Shown: positions 1-8,713 of the stretch, in pieces
How the letters are laid out: every line of letters begins with the position of its first letter
Numbering within the stretch: the stretch's first letter is position 1
Made by a program: the position numbers and the translations under genes
Assembly (NCBI GenBank): GCA_030606485.1
Contig: JAUWGH010000008.1
Span: forward strand, 30,001 to 62,000
Reading direction: 5' to 3'
Origin: Promethearchaeota archaeon
Lineage (GTDB): Archaea; Asgardarchaeota; Lokiarchaeia; Sigyniarchaeales; SOKP01
DNA: 32,000 nt
Notes under the pieces: generated by a model
Told to the model about the DNA's origin: nothing
The model's database searches: none
The model's input: the letters and a program-made list of their open reading frames with translations, nothing else

Positions 1-2213
1 AATAAGGGTTTTAGAATTTGATGTAATTGTTTTTGAATTTCCCATTTCGAAATCGAATTATTCACATTAGAGGTATATTTTTTGCAAACTTCTTTTGATT
101 TAAGAGTAGCAATTTTTCCGATTTCGCTTAGATTTTTATGAATTTTATTATTTTCATTGTATTTTTCTATTGGAAACTCTAATGCTTTTTTGAAAATATG
201 GCGCGAACTTTTTCTAATTTTGATTTGCTCGGAAAATATGGGAGAATTTAAAATTGCTGTTAAGTAATGAGCTTCATTAATATTAGTTGTATCAAGAAAG
301 CTCAGATCACCTGTAATAATACAGTCGCCAGTAATAACTGCTGCGTTTAACATTGAACCTGAATTGTTATATACTACTTTAATATGCGAAAATTGTCTTT
401 TATTTAACAATTTATTCCATCGATTTAAGTTTTCCATTAAGGATTTATGTTTAGTAGTTTTTTTTTTATATTTCAAGTATTTTTGATTGATTAATTCGTA
501 AAATAATGAACCATATTTTGATAAAGCTTTAGGGTCCCAAGTTAAATTATTTTTCTCAATGGGCAAGAAGACGCTGTAGGTATGAAAGATATTAAATTTT
601 ACCAATTCAGTACTTTTTACACATTTAAAGATATATTTTTTTTCAATAATTTGATTTTGGTATTCTATCTTATTCCAAGGAGATTTTGCTTTTTTGAGAA
701 TTTTTTTATCCAGGTTAATAAGAGCCAATGTGTTAGATTTCTTCTTAAATTTTATGAATATAAGATTTCGTGGATTTAGGTCAGCACCTTTATGAAACAA
801 GTCAAAATAATGAGATTTGGCATATGGATACATTTTATTTTTAATTTCTTTTGGAATTAGCTTTTTCACATAAAATTTTCCGCTTTTTTCGACAACTGCA
901 TAAGGGATATAGATAACTTCCTTCATTTTCACTATTTTAAAACTAGAATTTGATTTTTTAAAATCAAAATGTTCGACGGGTATTTCTCTTTGCTCAAGTT
1001 CTTCCCTACTTTTATTGTTATTTAGTTTATCTTTAATTGCAAATAAACAAATAAAATCTACATTAAAGATTTTTTTAGTAAATTTCCAGATTTTAATATT
1101 TCTAAACCCACGGAATGTTCTAAATCGGTCATTATGACTTCCTGTGATAATTCCGGATGTTATTACAAAAAATATTTTACCCTTATTTTTCAAGTAGAGA
1201 TTACTGCATTGATAAAAAAACACAGCAGATAAATCTAAATTCAGAATATTCTTAGGGGATGGTTTTATTTGTAAATTTTCGACTAGAACCTTTAATTTAT
1301 TTTGTTCTTTTAAAGATTCTAACGAGCCATATGTCAGCCAAGGCGGATTTCCGATTATTAAATCGAACTTATTTTCGATATTTTCCTCCAGAAATAATGA
1401 ATCACGCAATTCTATATTTATTTTACAATGTGGAATTAAATCCTTGATTAATAGGAAAATATTTATTTTGGAAATAAATACTGCAAATGGATTCAAATCG
1501 TATCCATAAATATTATTAATTGCTGAAATTTGATTCTTTAAGGGGGTATCTTTTGATATAATATATTTAATTAGCTCAATAATGAAAGTACCAGAACCAC
1601 AAGCTGGGTCTAATACTTTATCCCCAAAATCATAGGATTTGATAATCATTTTTCTGGCAAGATAAGAAGGAGTGTAGAACTCCCCCATTGAATGCCTTAA
1701 AGTAGCAGAAATCAATTCTTGATAAATATGATGGAATAAATCCTCTCTGAGGATTTTAATATTGAGAATTGAATTATAAATATTATGGAGATTTAAGACC
1801 AATTGCTTTATCATATCATTTATTTCTTTTGGGTTATTTTCTACATTTAAAAATATCCAATTACGTAGATTCCGTTCAAAATCACTGAAATCGTTAGCAA
1901 AATTATTCAATAAACCAAAAATATTTTTTAAATCAATAAGTTCAAATTCAATTTTGCTCAAAACAACTCGGATTAAAATTATTTTTATTAATAAGGTTAA
2001 ATAAGTGTGTGTAAGAAATAATTCTTTATTACAGTTCTTCTCACTATAAATTTTGATGAATATATTTTTCCATTCGTTAAATTCTTCATTGTTTTGAAGA
2101 TTATGTAATCCAAATAGAGAATCTAAGATTTGGTATGTATTTTTAAAAATATCTGAATGTATTCCAAATAAATGAGCGATTAATTCTCCAGAGAGAGCTC
2201 TTGTTTCAATCAA
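1..2213 (-). CDS. N6-adenine DNA methyltransferase (Eco57I/type IIG-like M+TRD architecture); 3' end lies outside the window
   Basis: Absent from the ORF track because it has no stop in the window. Manual minus-strand translation from TTG at 2213 (AAGGA upstream, in-frame TAA at 2234-2232) is open to the window edge in the segments I translated. Motifs GEFYTP, VLDPACGSGTF (motif I) and IIGNPPW (motif IV, near 1349) are all in the same frame. Confidence 0.9.
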   Translation of the reverse strand, partial: MIETRALSGELIAHLFGIHSDIFKNTYQILDSLFGLHNLQNNEEFNEWKNIFIKIYSEKNCNKELFLTHTYLTLLIKIILIRVVLSKIEFELIDLKNIFGLLNNFANDFSDFERNLRNWIFLNVENNPKEINDMIKQLVLNLHNIYNSILNIKILREDLFHHIYQELISATLRHSMGEFYTPSYLARKMIIKSYDFGDKVLDPACGSGTFIIELIKYIISKDTPLKNQISAINNIYGYDLNPFAVFISKINIFLLIKDLIPHCKINIELRDSLFLEENIENKFDLIIGNPPWLTYGSLESLKEQNKLKVLVENLQIKPSPKNILNLDLSAVFFYQCSNLYLKNKGKIFFVITSGIITGSHNDRFRTFRGFRNIKIWKFTKKIFNVDFICLFAIKDKLNNNKSREELEQREIPVEHFDFKKSNSSFKIVKMKEVIYIPYAVVEKSGKFYVKKLIPKEIKNKMYPYAKSHYFDLFHKGADLNPRNLIFIKFKKKSNTLALINLDKKILKKAKSPWNKIEYQNQIIEKKYIFKCVKSTELVKFNIFHTYSVFLPIEKNNLTWDPKALSKYGSLFYELINQKYLKYKKKTTKHKSLMENLNRWNKLLNKRQFSHIKVVYNNSGSMLNAAVITGDCIITGDLSFLDTTNINEAHYLTAILNSPIFSEQIKIRKSSRHIFKKALEFPIEKYNENNKIHKNLSEIGKIATLKSKEVCKKYTSNVNNSISKWEIQKQLHQILKPL

Positions 2214-2303
2214 TAAAAAATCCTTTGACTTTTAGTTTTTATATTAATTATTACTTTTTATTAAGATTTTTATTATTTTTTATTTTATTAATATATAATA
2301 ACA

Positions 2304-2888
2304 ATGCAGTTCAAACTATGCGAATCGGTAAAAAATGGATTTAAATTTGGTTGTCAGATATGCGGAAACTGTTGCAAAGGTAAGAAAAAAGGTTATATTT
2401 TTATTTACAAACCTGATTTAGAGAAACTATTTGAATATTTTAAATGTACAACTGAAGCGGAAAAATGTGAATTCGCAAAAAAGCATTTAGAGATTATTTC
2501 GCAAAAGTTTGTTTATAAAGATAATAATACAGATGTAAAGAAGAACTATTATTATGATACTCTTGTCTTTAAGTTAGTTGGAGAAAATGAAGAGTGTTGT
2601 TTTCTTGGAGAAAATAATATGTGTAAAATTTATTCAGTTCGGCCTTTTCAATGCATTTCATATCCAGTTTGGCGTATAATTCTTACCCTAAAGAAGAATT
2701 GGGATGAAAATTTAAAAAAATGTAAAGGAATTAATATCACTAATGGAGAATCTTACTCTCGAAAAAGGATTTTGGATATTTTAAAGAAAGAATTTCAATT
2801 AGAAAAGAAATTTTTCTTAGAGATGAAAGGCAATAATTTCAAAATAAAGGAAGTTTATTCATTTTTAAGAAATATCAATAAAGATTAG
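2304..2888 (+). CDS. YkgJ / CxxCxxCC family cysteine-cluster protein
   Basis: FGCQICGNCC at the N-terminus, CCFL...CKIYSVRPFQCISYP, distal CKGI. Confidence 0.8.
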   Translation: MQFKLCESVKNGFKFGCQICGNCCKGKKKGYIFIYKPDLEKLFEYFKCTTEAEKCEFAKKHLEIISQKFVYKDNNTDVKKNYYYDTLVFKLVGENEECCFLGENNMCKIYSVRPFQCISYPVWRIILTLKKNWDENLKKCKGINITNGESYSRKRILDILKKEFQLEKKFFLEMKGNNFKIKEVYSFLRNINKD

Positions 2889-2901
2889 ATTTAGATATTA
2901 T

Positions 2902-3600
2902 TTACCATGGAACTTTCTTTAAATCGAGATAATATGCAACAACATTTGAAAAAATTGCTACTAATGGTGTTGAGATAAAAATAAAAATTATAAAATACCA
3001 TGGTATGGGAAAAATCGGATACACCATAATAACTGAGAAAGCAATAAAATCTAATTGATCTATCAAAAAGATTTGTCCACCTCTTTCTTTTCCCATCCGT
3101 CTTTTTATAAAACTACCAATTAAATCTCCAATTGGTGCCCCTATACTCATAAGAAGAATTCTTAAGAGAAAATTATTAAATTTATCTCTAATTTCTACAA
3201 AAAAGAGTATATCCTCTTGACTAAAAAGCTTTAAAACAGTTGAGCTAAGTTCAAATCGATATATTGTAATGTCAGCAAGAGGAAAGTATATAAAAGAGGT
3301 AATCAAACAGATTAAGAAACTAAAAAATATTCCAATAATAATACCATTCCAAGTTTTTCCATCACCAAGAATTCTCTTGTTAGTGTTTTTATATACTCGA
3401 CCTCCATCAATAGGATAAAGTTTTACTGGAAATTTTCCAGCAAATGTCATACACGCATTACTGAGAAAAGCTGGTAATAAGCAGAAATATGTCAAACCAA
3501 GAAGAACTAACCAATCAAAAATTGAAAAAATAAATATGATTAAGCAGAAATGGGTTATAAAAAGAATTCCAAAAATAATTATATATCTTTTAAGCCACAT
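2902..3600 (-). CDS. carS: CDP-archaeol synthase (CDP-2,3-bis-O-geranylgeranyl-sn-glycerol synthase)
   Basis: PAFLSNA, PIDGG, ILGDGKTWNG, GDLIGSFIKRRMG, DQLDF and terminal LKKVPW; multi-pass hydrophobic. Confidence 0.9.
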   Translation of the reverse strand: MWLKRYIIIFGILFITHFCLIIFIFSIFDWLVLLGLTYFCLLPAFLSNACMTFAGKFPVKLYPIDGGRVYKNTNKRILGDGKTWNGIIIGIFFSFLICLITSFIYFPLADITIYRFELSSTVLKLFSQEDILFFVEIRDKFNNFLLRILLMSIGAPIGDLIGSFIKRRMGKERGGQIFLIDQLDFIAFSVIMVYPIFPIPWYFIIFIFISTPLVAIFSNVVAYYLDLKKVPW

Positions 3601-3818
3601 AAGATCTTCTTGCTTTAGATTCGGATCACTAAATATTTTTTCTAAAATAGAATCAAATCCTTTAAGTTATTGGAAGTTATATAAATTTTAATTAAGAATA
3701 CAATCTAGAAAGTTTATTAATTATTTTTAAAATTAAGTTAATAATATTTAACTATTATAGAAAATAAATTAAATGTTTTATTATTCAAATTATTGTTTAT
3801 AATTAGAAGGGGAAAAAT

Positions 3819-6173
3819 TTGAAAATCGGAGTTTTTATTTGTCATTGTGGTACTAATATTGGAGGAGTATTAGATATTAAAGGCATAATGGAACATTTTA
3901 AGAGATATCCTGATTTGAAAGTTTTTGAAGATAAATATTTATGCGCTGAATTGGGATTAAATTTGATTGCGGATGAAATAAAGGAAAATAAAATAGATAG
4001 AGTAGTAATTGCTGCTTGTTCTTTCAAATTACACGGAGAATTATTTCGCAATTCAATTGAAAAAACAGGAATCAATAGATATTTGATATCTTTTGCAAAT
4101 ATTCGGGAACAAAATTCATGGGTCCATGCAAATGAACCCAAAAGAGCTACACAAAAGGCTATAGACCAAATTGATATGGCGATTGAACGAGTAAAATTAT
4201 TAAAGCCATTAAAACGAAAAAAATCAAAGATTACACCTTCGGTTTTGATTATTGGGGGAGGTATTGCTGGAATTAAAGCGTCATTACAAATTGCTGATGC
4301 GGGATATAAAGTGTACCTTGTTGAAAAGGAGCCAACAATTGGAGGAAAAATGGCTTTATTTGATAAAACCTTCCCAACTCTAGATTGTAGCATATGTATT
4401 TTAGGACCTATAATGGTTGAGGTAAAAGATCATCCAAATATTGAATTATTAACTTATTCAGAAGTAGAAGAAGTATCTGGTTATATTGGAAGTTTTGAAA
4501 TAACTGTTGAAAAAAAACCTCGATTTATTTTTGAAGATAAATGCGTTGGTTGCTTTGAGATATGTAGAGAAGTTTGCCCAATTGATGTTGAAGATACTTT
4601 TTTCCCCAGAAAAGCAATAGATGTTTCATATCCACAGGCAATACCACTAATTCCAAATATATTAGAAGAATATTGTATAGGATGTAAAGCATGCGAAATA
4701 GCATGTGGAGAACGGGAAGCAATTAATTTTTCTCAGACTAAAGAAACAAAAAAATTTAAAGTTGGTGCAATTATTGTCGCAACGGGATATAAAACATTCG
4801 ATCCATCAATTTTGGGAGAATATAATTATACAAGATTTCCTGATATAATTACAGGATTGGAGATGGAAAGATTACTTAATACAGATGGGCCGACTAAGGG
4901 AGTGATTTTAAAACCTTCTGATAGTAGCATTCCAAAACATATTTCTTTTATATTATGTGTTGGCTCAAGAAATAAAAAACTAGGTCATGAATATTGTAGC
5001 CAAGTTTGTTGCAATTATTCTGTAAAACAAGCAATTTTGGCTAAAAAACAAATTAAAAATTTAGATATAGTAATATATTATACAGATATTAGAGCCATAG
5101 GAAAATTTTGTGAAGAGTTTTATAATAGAGCGAGAGAAGAATTTCAAGTTAGGTTTATCAAAAGTAATATTTCAACCATTATTAAGAGTGATACCACCAA
5201 TAAATTATTAATAAGAGGAGAGAATATTTTAGATGATCATTTATTTGAAAATCCTACAGATTTAGTAGTCTTAGCTGTCGGAATCGAACCAGCTGAAGGA
5301 ACGGAGGAATTGGCACAAATTTTAAATATTTCTACAGATACTTACGGATTTTTATTAGAAAGTCATCTCAAAGTTAGACCTTCAGATTCCTCAGTTAAAG
5401 GGATTTATATTGCAGGGGCAATTCAGTTTCCCAAGGATATTCCGAATAGTATTAGTCAAGCAGAATCTACTGCTTCTAAAACAATTTCTCTTTTAACTAA
5501 GGGAGAAATAGAATTAGATCCATTAGTTGTGCGATATAACCGTGATTTATGCGATTTATGTCGCTTATGTGAAAATGTCTGTGGATTTAATGCCATTGAG
5601 ATTAAGGGAGACAAACTCACTATTATTAACGCTAATTGCGTAGGTTGTGGAGCATGCGCAGCCATGTGCCCAAAAAATGCATTGACAGTTCCAGGATTTA
5701 CTAAAGAAGAAATCATAAAACAATTAAAAGTCATAACCGATAAAAAAAAAGAGTCACCTTTAATTGTGACATTTCTTTGTAATTGGTGTTCTTATCTTGG
5801 TGCAGACTTAGCAGGGACCAGTAAAATTCAATATCCAACCAATACTAGGCCAATTCATGTGATGTGTACCGCTATGATTGACCCCGCTTTAGTTTTTGAA
5901 GCTTTATTCAATGGTGCAGATGGTGTTTTAATAGCCGGTTGCCATCCCCAAGATTGCCATTATAAAACTGGATTCATTAAAGCAGAAAATAGATATGAAA
6001 GTATAATTTCAATGCTCGAAGAATTAAAAATAAATAATAATAGGGTTAAAATAATAAGTATTTCTGCAGGAGAAGGGCAGAAATTTGCTAATACAATTAG
6101 AGAATTTACTGAAACTCTCAAAACTTTAGGTCCGATATCTAAAGATCTTAAATATGTTAAAAAATATGAATAA
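3819..6173 (+). CDS. hdrA: Heterodisulfide reductase subunit A fused to a C-terminal MvhD (hydrogenase delta) domain
   Basis: KIGVFICHCG, IIGGGIAG FAD motif, FPTLDCSICI, CVGSR...YCSQVCC, four ferredoxin-type Cys motifs; C-terminal FLCNWCSYLGAD, VMCT and GCHPQDCHY (MvhD); TTG start. Confidence 0.92.
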   Translation: MKIGVFICHCGTNIGGVLDIKGIMEHFKRYPDLKVFEDKYLCAELGLNLIADEIKENKIDRVVIAACSFKLHGELFRNSIEKTGINRYLISFANIREQNSWVHANEPKRATQKAIDQIDMAIERVKLLKPLKRKKSKITPSVLIIGGGIAGIKASLQIADAGYKVYLVEKEPTIGGKMALFDKTFPTLDCSICILGPIMVEVKDHPNIELLTYSEVEEVSGYIGSFEITVEKKPRFIFEDKCVGCFEICREVCPIDVEDTFFPRKAIDVSYPQAIPLIPNILEEYCIGCKACEIACGEREAINFSQTKETKKFKVGAIIVATGYKTFDPSILGEYNYTRFPDIITGLEMERLLNTDGPTKGVILKPSDSSIPKHISFILCVGSRNKKLGHEYCSQVCCNYSVKQAILAKKQIKNLDIVIYYTDIRAIGKFCEEFYNRAREEFQVRFIKSNISTIIKSDTTNKLLIRGENILDDHLFENPTDLVVLAVGIEPAEGTEELAQILNISTDTYGFLLESHLKVRPSDSSVKGIYIAGAIQFPKDIPNSISQAESTASKTISLLTKGEIELDPLVVRYNRDLCDLCRLCENVCGFNAIEIKGDKLTIINANCVGCGACAAMCPKNALTVPGFTKEEIIKQLKVITDKKKESPLIVTFLCNWCSYLGADLAGTSKIQYPTNTRPIHVMCTAMIDPALVFEALFNGADGVLIAGCHPQDCHYKTGFIKAENRYESIISMLEELKINNNRVKIISISAGEGQKFANTIREFTETLKTLGPISKDLKYVKKYE

Positions 6174-6178
6174 AAATT

Positions 6179-7498
6179 ATGCAAAACAAATCTATTTCTT
6201 ATATAATAATAGCAAACCTTCTGTGGAGTTTCATCCCCATTGTTGTTTTAGATTTATTTGATGAAATTTCCGTTCTTATGGTTGTTTTTTTAAGATTTTT
6301 TGTGTCTGGAATTATTTTGTTAATTATTGCAATAATTCTGGTCCTAATTAATAATAAACTTACTTCAAATCCTCCAATTTCACTAAAAATACTATTCAAT
6401 TTTATCTTTTTTAAAAATAAAGAATTTTTTCGAATGAAAAACATTATATATTTTGCGATAGTTGGATTTTTTGGAATAATAATACATTTAGTTTCTTATT
6501 TTCTTGCATTAAAACTGACTACAATATCATTAGTAATGGTAGGATTTCCGATTAGTATAATTATTATAGCTTTTTATGAACATGGGGTTAAAACAGAAAA
6601 ATTGGATATTTTTAAAAGTTTGTATATCATAATTTTAATATTTTCAATAAGTTTGATTATTTTCGTTAAATTCCAAGAATCTATTTTATTTGGTACTGAA
6701 ATTTCATTCGATGGATTAATTTATATTGTTATATTTGGAATTAGTTTAACTTTTTACCAAGTAGCAGTAAATCGAGACTCATATTCTAAAAAGGAAGTAC
6801 TAGAAATAAATAAAAATAGATTTTATAAAATGCCTCGGCTCTTTATAAAGATTTCATTAACTTTTTTAACAGGAATTGGAATAATGATTCCTTCTATGCT
6901 AATTATTCAAATATTTCCCATTTTTCCTGCCTTAACACAGGAAATAAATCTATTTTTCAATCAATTTGTTGATATTAATTCAATTTTATTTCGCTGGGAA
7001 ATTATTTTTTTGATAATAGGTGCAACTATAATTCCTCATTTCTTAATCTTTTGGGCTTCTGTTAAGTGGAATCCTTTTAGTCTTACATTTCCTCAGTGGA
7101 ATTGTATCTTAACTATTATTGAACCTATTGGCGGACTATTTTTTGGAATTTTATTACTAAATGAATTTTTTCCTATAGAATTTTTTGTAATTGTATTATT
7201 TTTATTAATAATTGCAATAATGCTTAGATATATTCATGAAAAAACTAGTAAGATAAATGCTTATTTATTATTAAGCAGAAATGAGGTATCCTCAAAGAAG
7301 TTAGTTATTAAATTATTAAAAATTAATGGAATTTATGGTGTTGATTCATTAATTGGAACATATGATCTAAGGATTAACGTAAAAACAAATTCAATTTCAT
7401 CATTTCACCATTTAGTCAACAATAAACTTAGGAATTTAAACGGAATAAAAGAGATAAAAATACTTTTTATTAATAAAATCCATAAATTGAATATATAA
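6179..7498 (+). CDS. EamA/DMT-like transporter with a C-terminal Lrp/AsnC ligand-binding (RAM) domain
   Basis: NLLWSF...VFLRF start, about 10 hydrophobic segments, IIEPIGG near the end of the DMT region; soluble tail INGIYGVDSLIGTYDLRINV matches the Lrp/AsnC ligand-binding pattern. Confidence 0.75.
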   Translation: MQNKSISYIIIANLLWSFIPIVVLDLFDEISVLMVVFLRFFVSGIILLIIAIILVLINNKLTSNPPISLKILFNFIFFKNKEFFRMKNIIYFAIVGFFGIIIHLVSYFLALKLTTISLVMVGFPISIIIIAFYEHGVKTEKLDIFKSLYIIILIFSISLIIFVKFQESILFGTEISFDGLIYIVIFGISLTFYQVAVNRDSYSKKEVLEINKNRFYKMPRLFIKISLTFLTGIGIMIPSMLIIQIFPIFPALTQEINLFFNQFVDINSILFRWEIIFLIIGATIIPHFLIFWASVKWNPFSLTFPQWNCILTIIEPIGGLFFGILLLNEFFPIEFFVIVLFLLIIAIMLRYIHEKTSKINAYLLLSRNEVSSKKLVIKLLKINGIYGVDSLIGTYDLRINVKTNSISSFHHLVNNKLRNLNGIKEIKILFINKIHKLNI

Positions 7499-7517
7499 TA
7501 AAATCTATAAAATAATC

Positions 7518-7763
7518 ATGACACTTACAGCACTTATTTTCTGTCAAATTGAACATAAATCCTTAATTAAAGTTGTTGAAAAATTTAAAGAAATTCCAAA
7601 AGTCCAAAAGGTTTTTTCATTAACTGGAGATTATGATGTATTAGCAGAATTAATTGTTGATTCTACGGAGGAATTATATGAGATTTTTGCTAATAAAATT
7701 GATTTAATTGACGGAATTATTGAGACTAACACTCATATGATTATGAGTTCATGGAAAAAATAA
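7518..7763 (+). CDS. Stand-alone Lrp/AsnC ligand-binding domain protein (no HTH)
   Basis: IPKVQKVFSLTGDYDVLAEL...IDGIIETNTHMI; 81 aa. Confidence 0.85.
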   Translation: MTLTALIFCQIEHKSLIKVVEKFKEIPKVQKVFSLTGDYDVLAELIVDSTEELYEIFANKIDLIDGIIETNTHMIMSSWKK

Positions 7764-7964
7764 AGGAAGTCCCTTTTAAAAGTGATTATTAACGCTTTTT
7801 TATTCTAAAACCTATGCTTAATATATTATTTATAAATATTATTTTTTCCTTTCTTTGCTAAGACATTCTCTCTCAGAAATTATAAAATAAACGAGAGAAA
7901 TTTTTGTTTTTATATTCGTTCTCATTAAATTAAAATTAAATTAGTTTTTAATTTTTAAAAAGAG

Positions 7965-8144
7965 ATGATAAATATACCAAAATTATTTTGTGAGATTTGT
8001 GGTTCAGAAATAAAGGTTCCAAAATGTTGTAATCAATCAATGATATTAAAGGAAGGTTATTTATTATGTTGTTGTTCAGAAGATTGTGGTCATCAACCCA
8101 TACCAAAATGCTGTGGACAAAATATGACATATAAAGATATATAG
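7965..8144 (+). CDS. Small Cys-rich metal-binding protein, 59 aa, two desulforedoxin-like modules
   Basis: Manual translation MINIPKLFCEICGSEIKVPKCCNQSMILKEGYLLCCCSEDCGHQPIPKCCGQNMTYKDI*; ATG at 7965, TAG at 8142-8144, 10 Cys. It is below the track's length cut-off. Confidence 0.72.
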   Translation: MINIPKLFCEICGSEIKVPKCCNQSMILKEGYLLCCCSEDCGHQPIPKCCGQNMTYKDI

Positions 8145-8256
8145 AGTTTTATAATTCTATTTTCAATTAGAAGAGCTGAGTTATATTTAATAAAAATTAG
8201 GTATAATAATATTATATAAAAAATTATGTATTTTCAGAGACTTCTCATATTTTAAG

Positions 8257-8709
8257 ATGATTAATAACTTGATGTCCAAAAAATCATTGACAACTGGTAA
8301 AATAAAGTTACATATCTTAAATCTTGGTGAATGTTCAAAGTGTAGTTTAGCTCTTACTTCATTTTTACTTCATAAAAAAGAAAATGGGTTTAAAAATATT
8401 TCACAAACAAATAATCCTGAAGATTGTAATTGTTTAATAATTACAGGATGTTTATTGAAAATCCATAGAGAGAAATTATTAGAAACCTGGCAGAGTATTA
8501 AGAAAAATCATATTATAATATCTTTTGGAGATTGCGGAACTGAGAAGCAAAAGATATTTAATGTTGAAGGTCAAAATTTTAAAAATTTAACAATTGATTC
8601 AGAAGATCTATCAGAAATAATTCCGATAGATTATATTATAGAAGGCTGCCCACCCGACGAAGAAAATGTAAAAAAAATATTTCAAGAGATACTAGGACAA
8701 AAAGTTTAA
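8257..8709 (+). CDS. NuoB / [NiFe]-hydrogenase small-subunit-like Fe-S protein (Oxidored_q6-like), divergent
   Basis: Four Cys in the family pattern: GECSKC, LIITG, SFGDCG, IDYIIEGCPP. Confidence 0.7.
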   Translation: MINNLMSKKSLTTGKIKLHILNLGECSKCSLALTSFLLHKKENGFKNISQTNNPEDCNCLIITGCLLKIHREKLLETWQSIKKNHIIISFGDCGTEKQKIFNVEGQNFKNLTIDSEDLSEIIPIDYIIEGCPPDEENVKKIFQEILGQKV

Positions 8710-8713
8710 GAAT

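Noticed and set aside
582-1447. Track ORFs 582..779 and 1259..1447 (plus)
   Set aside because: Antisense shadows of the minus-strand DNA methyltransferase; no recognisable motifs.
2886-2897. TAGATTTAGATA, a partial third copy of the 15-bp motif at 21212/21559
   Set aside because: Only 12 AT-rich bases, located between convergent stop codons rather than upstream of a start; probably chance.
3819-6173. Possible selenoprotein / SECIS (HdrA and MvhD/VhuD are selenoproteins in some archaea, including Lokiarchaeia)
   Set aside because: The frame is continuous with no in-frame TGA; the DCSIC position that carries Sec in methanococcal HdrA is TGT (4395-4397); the next gene starts 5 bp after the stop.
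3842-6444. Track ORFs 3842..4393, 4525..4722, 5456..5734, 5960..6184 and 6199..6444 (minus)
   Set aside because: Antisense to hdrA-mvhD and the EamA gene; typical shadow-ORF composition.
7948-8130. Track ORF 7948..8130 (minus, 60 aa)
   Set aside because: Antisense shadow of the Cys-rich 59-aa plus-strand ORF, which has a clear metal-binding pattern.
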